Shown here: positions 1 to 9,601 of the stretch, one piece after another
How the letters are laid out: every line of letters starts with the position of its first letter
Numbering within the stretch: the first letter of the stretch is position 1
Assembly (NCBI GenBank): GCA_965214705.1
Contig: CBDCCI010000002.1
Span: 2,080,001 to 2,144,000 of the forward strand
Source: Alphaproteobacteria bacterium
Lineage (GTDB): Bacteria > Pseudomonadota > Alphaproteobacteria > UBA828
Length of the DNA: 64,000 nucleotides
Direction: 5' to 3'
Notes under the pieces: model-generated
The model's input: the letters and a program-made list of their open reading frames with translations, nothing else
The model's database searches: none
What the model was told of the DNA's origin: nothing
Made by a program: the position numbers and the translations under genes

Positions 1-1521
1 CTTGGCGGTGAGCTTCAGCGGGCGGATTCGGTTTTCCACCAGGTTCGAGTCGATCTCGACGCGGCCGTCGTGCAGGAACTCCAGCAGCCCGTCCCACTGG
101 TTGGCGATATAGGTGAGCTTCTCGCCGAGACGCGAGCGCGGTGAGACCCGCGAGCGCTGTTCGTCGAGCCAGACACCGAAGGCGTTCACGATCGGCGCCG
201 ACTCCTCCCAGCGGATCGCCTGACGCGTCGCCGGCGGCTCGCCCCGGATCTTCTCCTCGATCGCATAGAGCGTCGCGATCCGCTTCAGGCCAGCCAGCGC
301 GATCGGCGAGGCGCTCGAGTCGTACACCTCTTTCAGCTTGCGCCTGACGTGCGCCCAGCACAGAGCCCGCGTCACGGGGCCGCCGGGCCGGTCCGGCCGC
401 GCCAGGATGTTGTGGCCCGAGTAGGCGTCGAGCTGCACCGTCCCCGAAAAGCCCTTCAAGAGCCTGGCGCCATACTTGCCGCCGCGACCGGGCTCATAGC
501 GATAGACAACGCCCGGCGGGTCGGCGCCGCTCCAGTGGCGCTCGTCGCGCACAAGGGTCCACATGTAGCCCGTCTTCGTCTTGCCCCGGCCCGGGTCGAG
601 AACGCGGATCGTGGTCTCGTCCAGACCCAGGTGATCCGACTTCTTCAGCTCATCCTTCAGGCAAGCGACCACGGGGCGCAGGTGAAACGACGCCTGCCCC
701 ACCCACGTCGCCAGCGTCGCACGGTGAACCTCGATCCCCGAGCGCTCGTAAATCTGCGACTGACGGTAGAGCGGGCAATGATCGCCGTACTTCGCGATCA
801 GCACCTGCGCCAGAAGAGCCTCGGTGGGAAGGCCGCCCTCCACCAGAGAGGCGGGCGCCGACGCCTGCACCACCCCGCCGCCCTTGCACTTGTTGCAGGC
901 GTAGCGGGGGCGCACGGTCTCGATGACGGTGAACTTCGCCGGCTCATAGTCCAGCCGCTCGCTGCGGTCCTCGCCGATCTTCGTCATCTCGCCGCAGCCG
1001 CAGGGGCACATGATCGTGTCCGGCTCGATCACCTCCTCGCGCCGGTCGACCTGGGGCCCGAAGCGCACCCCGCTGCGCGACCCCCGGGAAGAGCGCCGCC
1101 GGCGCTTGCCGCCAGCCCCCTCGTCCTGCTCCTGGTCATCTGCCTCGGGCCGACCGCCGGCTTCAGCGATCGCCGCCCAAAACTCCTCGAACGTAAGCTG
1201 GCGCTCGTCCTCGTTGAGCTTCTCGGAGCGCGGACCGAACAGCGCCTTCCTGAGCTCCTTGTTGAGATGCTCAAGCCGGCTGATCTGCTCCGCGCTGTGC
1301 GCGTTCTCGGCCTCCAGCCGTGCCGCCCGCGCTTCCGCCGTCTGCCTCGCCGCCTCCGCCGCGCCGCGTGCCTGCTCCGCTTCGCATAGGGCTGCTTCGG
1401 TCGCACGGCGCGCCGCGCGCTCCTCGGCAAGCTCCGCCTGCAGGGTCGCCAGCGCCGCCGAAACCACCGCAGGCGACGGCGAACCGGCGCTGCTGAGGGG
1501 TGAGGGCGTGACCTTCGGCAT
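1..1521 (-). CDS. tnpC: IS66 transposase TnpC (3'-truncated by the window edge)
   Basis: ATG at 1521; coiled-coil LRKALFGPRSEKL, zinc finger CPCGCG...YACNKC; frame open to position 1 (absent from the ORF track because it has no stop). Confidence 0.9.
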   Translation of the reverse strand, partial: MPKVTPSPLSSAGSPSPAVVSAALATLQAELAEERAARRATEAALCEAEQARGAAEAARQTAEARAARLEAENAHSAEQISRLEHLNKELRKALFGPRSEKLNEDERQLTFEEFWAAIAEAGGRPEADDQEQDEGAGGKRRRRSSRGSRSGVRFGPQVDRREEVIEPDTIMCPCGCGEMTKIGEDRSERLDYEPAKFTVIETVRPRYACNKCKGGGVVQASAPASLVEGGLPTEALLAQVLIAKYGDHCPLYRQSQIYERSGIEVHRATLATWVGQASFHLRPVVACLKDELKKSDHLGLDETTIRVLDPGRGKTKTGYMWTLVRDERHWSGADPPGVVYRYEPGRGGKYGARLLKGFSGTVQLDAYSGHNILARPDRPGGPVTRALCWAHVRRKLKEVYDSSASPIALAGLKRIATLYAIEEKIRGEPPATRQAIRWEESAPIVNAFGVWLDEQRSRVSPRSRLGEKLTYIANQWDGLLEFLHDGRVEIDSNLVENRIRPLKLTAK

Positions 1522-1614
1522 GGCCGATCCCTTAATCCGATTCGCCAATGCGTGACCAGGGAAAAGTGCAGGCGGGACCTCGACAAAAATCTGCGGACCC
1601 GCCTGCGTCTCGCC

Positions 1615-1965
1615 TCACTCCGCCGCCAGCGGGCGGCGAACCGGGCGGGCCTTCACCCGGCGCCAGTCGAGGCCCTCGAAGAGAGCCTCGAACTGGCCCT
1701 TCGTAAGGCGAATCACACCGTCCTCGATCCGGGGCCAGGCGAAGCGGCCTTGCTCCAGACGCTTGTAGGTCATCACCAGACCGGTCCCGTCCCAGGTGAG
1801 AAGCTTGAGCCTGTCCCCGCGGCGCGAGCGGAAGATCACGATCACCCCGGAATAGATATCGAGGTCCAGCTCCCTCGCCGCCGTCGCCGCAAGCGCGTCG
1901 TGGCCGCGACGAAAATCAACCGGACGCGTCGCCAACACGATGCGAAGCGAGGGCACCGCGATCAT
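1615..1965 (-). CDS. tnpB: IS66 accessory protein TnpB
   Basis: PVDFRRGHDAL...FRSRRGDRLKLLTWDGTGLVMTYKRLEQGRFAWP signature. Confidence 0.95.
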   Translation of the reverse strand: MIAVPSLRIVLATRPVDFRRGHDALAATAARELDLDIYSGVIVIFRSRRGDRLKLLTWDGTGLVMTYKRLEQGRFAWPRIEDGVIRLTKGQFEALFEGLDWRRVKARPVRRPLAAE

Positions 1966-2600
1966 GACGACGCACGACCCAGGCCCGAGGCCACAGCCAC
2001 GATCCGATCGACCGCGCTCTCCACCGGAAGGCGAACGACGACGCCCAGCGCCTCAATCGCGACCGTCCGCTCGGACGCAGACCCGTCAACTACAACCGGA
2101 ATATAGGGGGGCGAAGACCCGGCTCCCTGCCGATCGCCACCAGCGTCACTCGCCGCCTGGCGACGCCAGGTGCGCAGCGTCTTCTCGCTGATGCCGTGAC
2201 GGCGGGCAACTGCCGATATCGATGCATCCGGGCGCTCGCTCTCCGCAACAATCCGCGCCTTCACATCAGCCGGCCAAGGCCGGCCACGCCGCTTCCCGGA
2301 AGCCGCTGACCGACTGCGCCACTGACGAAGAGTTTGTGCGCTGATGCCGTGGCGAGCCGCGACCTCCTTCTGCACAACTCCCGGCCTGTCGCTCTCCGCG
2401 ACGATCCGTGCCTTCTCCTCGGCGGACCATGACCGCCGAGTGTGATCAGCCGGAACAGTTGCCGTAGATGGGGCTGCGGCAGATGGGGCGGCCTCTTCAG
2501 GCGCTCGCGCCTCGACCGAGTGACCGCCGAACTCGTGGCCACGCAGAAAATCCAAATCCTTCATCGCGATGCCTCCTCCAAGGCTCCTTGCCAAGGCCAA
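1962..2600 (-). CDS. tnpA: IS66 TnpA-like HTH protein (two HTH repeats)
   Basis: Two copies of RRxW..x[10 protein letters not shown].....VA.RHGIS..TLR.WR; start codon uncertain. Confidence 0.85.
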   Translation of the reverse strand: MALARSLGGGIAMKDLDFLRGHEFGGHSVEARAPEEAAPSAAAPSTATVPADHTRRSWSAEEKARIVAESDRPGVVQKEVAARHGISAQTLRQWRSRSAASGKRRGRPWPADVKARIVAESERPDASISAVARRHGISEKTLRTWRRQAASDAGGDRQGAGSSPPYIPVVVDGSASERTVAIEALGVVVRLPVESAVDRIVAVASGLGRASS

Positions 2601-2654
2601 GAGTCAGCCGCGAAATCAGATGCGTTGGAAGTATGGGGCCTCGATACCGCTTAC

Positions 2655-3139
2655 GCTACACCCATGATTACGTCCGTCACGGAACCACGACGCTGTTTGC
2701 CGCCCTGGACGTGGCCTCCGGCAAGGTGATCGGCAAATGCAGCAAACGCCGTCGCCATCAGGAGTTCCTCGCCTTCCTGCGGATCATCGACCGGGAAACG
2801 CCGCCCGAACTCGACATCCACCTTGTCCTGGACAACTATGCCACCCACAAGCATCCCAAGGTCTGCGCTTGGCTGGCCAAGCGACCTCGCTACCATCTTC
2901 ACTTCACGCCCACCTCCGCCTCCTGGCTCAACCAGGTGGAACGCTGGTTCGGCCTGATCGGCCAACGCGCCATCAAGCGCGGCTCGTTCCACAGCGTCCC
3001 CCAGTTGGTCGAGACCATCGAGACCTTCATCGCCAAATACAACCAATCCGCAGCCCCTTTCGTGTGGGTCGCAACGGCCGAGTCCATCTTCGAAAAACTC
3101 CAACGCCTATCTACGCGTATCTGCGGGACAGGACACTAG
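2655..3139 (+). pseudogene. IS630-family transposase, C-terminal part
   Basis: [45 protein letters not shown] motifs; ends ...GGACACTAG; 5' part cut off by IS66. Confidence 0.9.
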
Positions 3140-3245
3140 TGCACGATAGTTTGCGGCACAGACCACGGCGTCCGATTCCCGCAGCGATGCTGAAGATGCG
3201 AACGCTTGCGGTGGACGTGCTACTTACGGATAAGGAGGTTGCACC

Positions 3246-4013
3246 TTGCAGATTGAATGGGCGTTCAAGGGGAGCGAATTGGCGGAATATGATGCCTTGC
3301 TCGATTGCTATCCTGAACAGGAATTCGACTCGCCGACTCGGTCAACGATAGCCTTGCTGGAGTATTGGCGGTTTCCCAAACAGCGTGTGCGGGAGCTGAC
3401 CGAGGCACTGGGACTTCCTGTACCTCCCCAAGTTCAGCTGAACTTCGAGCACATGGAGTACCCTCCGAGAGGCCGTCGTAGGAAGCCATCGTGTACGGAC
3501 TTGATGGTGTCCTCGCCAGAGTTCGCCGTGGCCATTGAGGCGAAGTGGACTGAGCCTCGGTACGCCGTCGTCGAGGATTGGCTCGGCGACTCAACGAACC
3601 GGGGGGAGGTCCTGCGGGGTTGGTGCGACTTGTTGGAACTGCGCGCTGCACACCGAATAGCGGAAGGAGACTTGCACGGATTGCCATACCAGATGGTCCA
3701 TCGAGCAGCCTCTGCATGCCACCAAAAAGACGTGTCGAACTGCTGGCTCGTTTATCTAATGTTCGAAACGGCGGTAGAGACGCGTTCGGAATACCTGGCT
3801 GATCTCACTCACCTCCGTGATGTGCTGGGCGCGCAATCATCACTGGGAATAGCACTGGCGGAGTGCAGTATCGAACAGTCGCCATTCCTAATCGAACTTC
3901 GTAGACAATGGAACACAGGTGAACGTCATCTCCGCGGGCCCGTGCTTCAGCGGCTGAAGAGCGGTGGCTTTCTACGCGCTCGACTCGAAAGGGTGCATCG
4001 TCTATCCGCCTGA
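3246..4013 (+). CDS. PD-(D/E)XK nuclease-like protein (DUF6946-like)
   Basis: TDLMV...VAIEAKWTEP motif; AGGAGG RBS upstream; lower GC than flanks. Confidence 0.6.
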   Translation: MQIEWAFKGSELAEYDALLDCYPEQEFDSPTRSTIALLEYWRFPKQRVRELTEALGLPVPPQVQLNFEHMEYPPRGRRRKPSCTDLMVSSPEFAVAIEAKWTEPRYAVVEDWLGDSTNRGEVLRGWCDLLELRAAHRIAEGDLHGLPYQMVHRAASACHQKDVSNCWLVYLMFETAVETRSEYLADLTHLRDVLGAQSSLGIALAECSIEQSPFLIELRRQWNTGERHLRGPVLQRLKSGGFLRARLERVHRLSA

Positions 4014-5072
4014 ATCTAACGCGAGGACGAGCTTGTTCCTGCCCGATAGCAAGACTTGACCGTGCCGCGGGCGCGCGCCAGCGCACTGTCTCTCCCGGAT
4101 GTGGCGGTGGGGCCCTCCCCTTAGTTATGTCAGGGGGCTGGCCCCGCGCCGGGCGTAAGCGAGGCCCCCCTGGCCGCGCAACGAATTGGTGGGCGCTGCG
4201 GCAAGCTCCCCCACATCGTAGCGCAAGTGGCGGAACGAGTGCAGCCGGCCTCCGTCTCGCCTCGACCGTGCCGTTGCTCTACTCGAAGCGCGCGTCGTTC
4301 AGCCGCCAGTATACGGACGTGTCCTTCAGTGGGGAGGCGTCTTCGATGAGATCCCACGGTTGCGTGCCGTCGCCCGCCCGCGCGCTGGCATTGGCCCCTG
4401 CGTTCAGCAACGCCTCAGTCACTGCCGCAGCTTGGCGGCTCCGCACCGCAAAGTGCAGAGGCGTCAATCCATGCTCGTCTCGCGCTTCGAGATCGGCCCC
4501 AGCATTCACTAATGCCGTTATCACCTCTAACCTGCTCCCGGCCGCCGCCCAGTGCAACGGCGTATGGCCCTTGACAGCTCGCGCTTCGATATCGGCCCCG
4601 GCGTTCACCAATGCAGTGATCACCCCCGGCCTGCTTCCAACAACTGCCCAGTGCAAAGGCGTATACCCAGCCTCGTCTCGTACTTCGAGATTGGCTCCGG
4701 CGTTCGCCAATGCCGCAATTGCCTCTGTTGATACTAGAATTGAGTGGCTTGCCGCTACTTGCAAGGTTAAGGGTTGGGCAGGCTCTCTCTCGAGAGCCTG
4801 CCCAACCCTTTTGAACGAAGCCGCGGGCCACGAGAGGCGAAGTTGAGCTATGTGGAAAGTGCGCTGATGTCAGCGTCAGGCGGCATCCACCGGCAGCAGA
4901 GTTGCGCATAAAATCGACGCTCGCGCCGGTCTTTCGGCAGGCATGCGGGCGCACGCTGCGAGGACTGAGCGGGGTGTGAGCCGAGGGCTGTCAGCCCGGC
5001 TCAAGCGGAGACAGGTTCGGTCGTGCGTCGGCGCTTTGGCGCCGTTGCGCGGGGCCGAAGCGAGCGGGCGTC

Positions 5073-6314
5073 TCACGGTTTCCCCCTGTGGGTCGGCGGC
5101 AGCGCCGGCGGGCCGCGCGTCGAGCGGGGCTCATGGCGGCGGCGGATTTCGCGGACGAGGCGCATGACGCCGCCGCAGTGGGGGCAGGCCACGGGCGCGG
5201 TGCCGATCTCGGGCTCTTCGTCGGGCTCGGCCCGAGCGCCGTCCACGCTTCCCTCGGGGGCGGCGCAGCCGAGGGCGCCGAGAGCCTGGCGTGCTCTCTC
5301 CAGCGTGCTGGCGCGGCAGCCGTTGGCGAGGATGCCGAAGTAGCGAATGCGGTGCATGCCGTCCGGCAGGACGTGCCTCAGGAAGCGGCGGATGAACTCG
5401 TCGGCGCTCACGGTGGCGATGCCGTAGCGCGGCTTTCTCTGCCCCGGCGCCTTGGGCTTTCGGTGGCGGAAGGAGACCGTCTCGCCGTCGAAGGAGACGA
5501 TGCGGCTGTCGGAGATGGCGATCCTGTGCGTGTAGTGCGAGAGGTACCGGAAGACCTGCTCAGGCCCGCGGAAGGGCCGCTTGGCGTAGACCACCCAGTC
5601 CCTGGCCCGGGCGGCGGCAAGCGTGGCGTGGAACTCGCCGGGATTGGCGAGGTGGGCGACGGTGCCGTGGAACTCCAGGTCCCCCCGGCCGTGGGCGCGG
5701 GCGAGCTCCTCGAGGAAGAGGCGGCGGAACAGGCTGCCGAGGACCTTGACGGGGGCGAGGAAGGTGGTGCTCCCCGTCTTCCACTCGCCACTGTCTACGT
5801 CGAAGCCCGCGTTGGGCACGACCACGTGCAGGTGCGGGTGGAAGCGGAGCTTCTGATCCCAGGTATGGAGGACCGCGGTGCCGCCGATGCGCATGCCGCC
5901 GTGGCGGGGATCGGCGGCGATGGTGCGCAGGGTCTCGGCGACGGCCCGGAAGAGGATGTCGAACACCACCCTGCGGTTGCAGAAGGCAATGGCGGCAACC
6001 TCCTTGGGCAGGGTGAAGACCACATGGAAGTAGGGCACCGGCAGGATGTCCCCGGCGCGCTCCTCGCTCCAGAGGTTGGCGGCGAGACCCTGGCAGGTGG
6101 GGCAGTGGCGGTTGCGGCAGGAGTTGAAGAGCGGATGCTCGCGCCCGCAGCCCTCGCAGGCGTACATGTGGCCGCCGAGCACGGCGGTGCGGCACGCCTC
6201 GATGGCGCCCATGACCTTGAGCCGGGCGGCGTCGATGCGCCCTTTGTGGCGCTCACGGAAAGCGGCGCCGGCGCGGCGGAAGATCTCCGCCACGCCCGCG
6301 CGTTCGGCCTCCAC
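5073..6314 (-). CDS. IS91-family HUH/Y2 transposase
   Basis: Zn domain CRTAVLGGH...CEGC...SCRNRHCPTCQ; HUH motif HPHLH; Y2 motif YLSHY. Confidence 0.93.
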   Translation of the reverse strand: MEAERAGVAEIFRRAGAAFRERHKGRIDAARLKVMGAIEACRTAVLGGHMYACEGCGREHPLFNSCRNRHCPTCQGLAANLWSEERAGDILPVPYFHVVFTLPKEVAAIAFCNRRVVFDILFRAVAETLRTIAADPRHGGMRIGGTAVLHTWDQKLRFHPHLHVVVPNAGFDVDSGEWKTGSTTFLAPVKVLGSLFRRLFLEELARAHGRGDLEFHGTVAHLANPGEFHATLAAARARDWVVYAKRPFRGPEQVFRYLSHYTHRIAISDSRIVSFDGETVSFRHRKPKAPGQRKPRYGIATVSADEFIRRFLRHVLPDGMHRIRYFGILANGCRASTLERARQALGALGCAAPEGSVDGARAEPDEEPEIGTAPVACPHCGGVMRLVREIRRRHEPRSTRGPPALPPTHRGKP

Positions 6315-6320
6315 GCGCCG

Positions 6321-7199
6321 TCAGTTGCGCAACGCTGCGAAGCCTGAGATCGGGTGGTCGAGGCCCTCGAACATCTTGCCGGTGACGCGGGCGTAGTGAC
6401 GGGTCGTGTTCGCGCTTCGATGGCCGAGCATGTCCCGGATCACCTCGATATCGCCGCCGCGCTCGAGGAGATGGGTCGCCGCCGAATGGCGCAGGCAATG
6501 GAAGGTGTAGCTGCGGTCGAGCTCGGCAATGTCGCGCGCCCTCCTGAAGGCGGCCTGCAAGGTCTCCGTTGCGATGGGCCTGTCGAGCGAGACGCCGTAG
6601 AAGAGCCAGTTCGTCGGACGCGGCCAGATGTTCCTGTAGTAGACGCGCAAGTAGTGGATGACGATGTCCGGCAACGGTGCCATTCTCTCGGTGCCGCCTT
6701 TGCCGGAGGGGATGTGCAGCAGCTTCTTCTCCGACAGGATGTCGCCGACCTTGATGGCCAAGGTCTCGGAGATGCGGAGCCCGCCGCCATAGCCGGTGAC
6801 AATGGCAGCACGGTGGCGGAGGTCGGGTGTCGCAAGGATGAGGTGCTCGACCTCCTGCTCCGACATGTAGCGCGGCAGCTTGCCGGGCTTCTTGCGGGAG
6901 CGCAGGCCGGCGACATGGTCAGGCCAGCCGAGTGTGTCGATGTAGAGGAAGTTCAGCGCGGCGAAGGAGACGTTGGTCGTGCCCGGACTGAGCCCCTTGT
7001 CGATCCGCCCCAGGTACCACTGGCGCACCTGCTCGGCGTCGAGCTCGTCCGGCGAGGCGTCGTAGTACCTGGCCAGGTTCTTGATCTCGCAGATGTAGGC
7101 CTTGGACGTGCTCGCGGCCAGATTGGCGATGCGGAGCTGCTCCTCCATGCGCTGGCGAAGAGGGGTGACGGTGTTCGTGTCGCACGCGGTCCCGGTCAT
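6321..7199 (-). CDS. Tyrosine recombinase/integrase
   Basis: GGGLRISE, HCLRHSAATHLL, LGH...TTRHY catalytic motifs; likely start MTGTAC. Confidence 0.93.
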   Translation of the reverse strand: MTGTACDTNTVTPLRQRMEEQLRIANLAASTSKAYICEIKNLARYYDASPDELDAEQVRQWYLGRIDKGLSPGTTNVSFAALNFLYIDTLGWPDHVAGLRSRKKPGKLPRYMSEQEVEHLILATPDLRHRAAIVTGYGGGLRISETLAIKVGDILSEKKLLHIPSGKGGTERMAPLPDIVIHYLRVYYRNIWPRPTNWLFYGVSLDRPIATETLQAAFRRARDIAELDRSYTFHCLRHSAATHLLERGGDIEVIRDMLGHRSANTTRHYARVTGKMFEGLDHPISGFAALRN

Positions 7200-7841
7200 T
7201 ATCGATCTCCCTGGATCGCGACGGCGCGCCGCCGGACCGATCCGGCGACGGTCCGTCGCAGGGGTCGATACTAACCACTGGTGATCGGGAGGCTGCTGGG
7301 GATCCGCCACCCGACGGGCGGAGCGCCACTGACGCAACCGGGAAGCGAACGCACAGAACAAACGGCACCCGCGACGCCTCGGAAATGAATGAACTCTACG
7401 CCGCTAACTCCGCGTAGCGGCTTCGTTCAAAGGCGTTTTCCCAGCTTCGTCTCGTACCTCGAGATTGGCCCCACCGTTTATCAATTCAGCAATCAGTACC
7501 GCTGCTTTATTGGCGTATAGCGCCAAGTGCAGTGGCGTCTGCCCGGTCTTGTCCCGTGCTTCGAGATTGGCCCCGGCGCTCACCAGTGTGGCAATCACCT
7601 CTGGTGAACTTAGTGCTGAGCGTACCGCGACGTGCAAAGGCGTCCGCCCATCCTTGTCCCGTGCTTCGAGATCGGCTCCGGCGTCTGCCAATGCGGCAAT
7701 CACCTCTGGTGAACTTAGTGCTGAGCGTACTGCGACGTGCAAAGGCGTCCGCTCGTCCTTGTCTAGTGTTTCGAGATTAGCTCCGGCGTTCGCCAACGCG
7801 GCCACCATGTCAGGTGAGTTTGGTCGAGAGCGTACCGCGAC

Positions 7842-8053
7842 GGGTGTAGTTCTCGTATGGCGATGATTGACTCGGCTTGATCCATGAGTTCCTGCGGTGC
7901 GGAGCATCCTCACCTCCCGGTGACGCCCACTGTCGTGACAAAAGCCCGCCCTGGAACGGGCGATTGTCACGAAACTACGATTTCGCCTGTTTGCCTCGAC
8001 CCATGAACCACGTTGTATCAATGGCTTACGATTGCCATACGAGAACTACACCC
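7842..8053. mobile_element. 212-bp MITE
   Basis: Perfect 20-bp terminal IR GGGTGTAGTTCTCGTATGGC; 8-bp TSD ACCGCGAC (7834-7841, 8054-8061). Confidence 0.9.
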
Positions 8054-8919
8054 ACCGCGACATGCAAAGGCGTCCGCCCATTCTTGTCCCGTGCTTCAAG
8101 GTCTGCCCCGGCGTTCACCAACGCGGCTACCACGGTAGGTGTCTTGCTTCGGTATGCCGCCATGTGTAGTGGCGTCTTTCCATACTTGTCCCGTGCTTCG
8201 AGATCGGCCCCGGCGTTTGCCAATGTCGTGACCACCGCAGCTGTCTTGCTGAAGGCCGCCGCCACGAGCAAGGGAGTCCAACCATTGCTTGTTCGGAATT
8301 CGAGCTGAGCGCCAGCGCTCAGCAATGCCGCGATCACGCCCGGCCTCACGCTGTAGGCCGCTGCCCAGTGCAGAGGCGTCTGGTTTAACTCACCTCCGGC
8401 TTCGAGCACGGCGCCGGCTGCTAGGCAGCGAGGCACATCGGCCGCCTCAGCATTCGAAAAAAATTGCTTTGTGTTCCAGTCGTCGCAGGACGCTTGCGCG
8501 CCGACCGCCCCAATCGGAGCAACCCACAGGCCGAGCGCAGCACCAGCTGCGATCAGACTCCTCCGCGTCACATGCTCCACCGCTGCAATGCCGATGCCCG
8601 ACTATGCAGTATTGGCGGGCGGGCGTCCATAAGAGAGTGGGGTCTGCGCTCACTCGCCGGCGTCGCCGACGGCCTCTTCGATCCACCGCGCCCACAACCT
8701 GGCCGTCCAGGCCGGGCATTGTCGACTTGCCGCAGCCCGATCCGAGGTTTCAGTCTCACCGGAAATCACGCGAGCGCGGGATCACGCGCTGGTTGCGCGG
8801 GTGACGGGCGGGCGCTGCGGCAAGCCGCTTCCCGCTGCGCGCCCCAGCCTCGGTGCGGTCCGGCGACGGCCGCGCGCTCGCCTGATCCGGAGTCAGCAGG
8901 TCGAGCCAGTGGGTCAGGA

Positions 8920-9480
8920 TCAAGGTGCGCAGCATCGCGCCGTGCTCCGCCGGCACGTCGCCGTTAGCGGCCCCCTGCGGGTGGCGTCGAGGTTGACCTC
9001 GAAGCCGGGACCACCGGACGCGGCCGGGGTCAGCCGCCAGCCAATGCGGTAATCCCGCGCCGCGCCGGAGAGCCCGAAGCCGGCGTCCGGCGTGCCGGTG
9101 AACGCATCGCCAAACGAGGGCAGCCCGTAGCCGATATCGCCCTCAAGACGGCTTGGCGCCTCGAAGCGCCCGTCGCCGCTGCCGTCAGGGGCCAGCCCGG
9201 CCAGCGTCTCGCGTAAGAGCAGCGCGTCCATGCTGCCCGCGGGCGAGGTGGCCCAGGATTGGCGCAGCGTGGCCGAGACGCCGCGGCCGATCGCCGACCG
9301 CCGCGGGTCGAAGGCGAGCGCGGCGCCCGCTCCCAACTCGCGGAAGCCCGACACCTCGTGCGCGATCAGCCCACGCGCCTTGAGATCGCGCGCGAGGCCA
9401 GCATTGGGATCGGAGAAGACGAGCCCGCCGCCGAGATCCGCGCCGAAGTCCGCCTGATGCCAATTCGCGGCCCAGAAGCC
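8920..9480 (-). pseudogene. C-terminal beta-barrel remnant of a large autotransporter/adhesin
   Basis: FGADLGGGLVFSDP...RLEGDIGYGL...FGLSGAARDYRIGWRL alternating beta-strand pattern; no N-terminal part; boundaries approximate. Confidence 0.6.
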
Positions 9481-9601
9481 GATGCCGCCAGGGCGGCCGT
9501 GGAACGACGAAACGATCCACAAGTTATCGCGGTAGGGAACCGGGTTGCCCCGGTCCCCCCGCACAGATCCGGACGGGCGCTGTTCGCATCCGGCTCCTCC
9601 C

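Larger units (their letters stand above)
1..2654 (-). mobile_element. IS66-family element (partial, runs off the window start), inserted into an IS630 transposase
   Basis: tnpA-tnpB-tnpC order on the minus strand; IS66-type terminus GTAAGCGG begins at 2654; IS630 coding sequence resumes at 2655. Confidence 0.9.
4765..7428 (-). mobile_element. Tyrosine recombinase + IS91-type Y2 transposase element (TIM-like), copy 1, 2664 bp
   Basis: Near-identical inverted copy at 13036-15699 defines both ends (GAACGAAGCCGC... to ...CCCTTAACC); interrupts the ankyrin gene. Confidence 0.9.
4279..8580 (-). pseudogene. Secreted ankyrin-repeat protein split into three pieces (8054-8580, 7429-7841, 4279-4764) by a MITE and a recombinase/IS91 element
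   Basis: Signal peptide TRRSLIAAGAALGL; repeated GADLEARDKxGRTPLHxA ankyrin units; removing the insertions restores LHVAV|RSRP and GKTPL|QVAASH in frame; C-terminus VYWRLNDARFE. Confidence 0.88.

Noticed and set aside
4085-4215. GC-rich hairpins resembling an oriT or ncRNA
   Set aside because: No convincing nic consensus, no relaxase nearby and no second copy.
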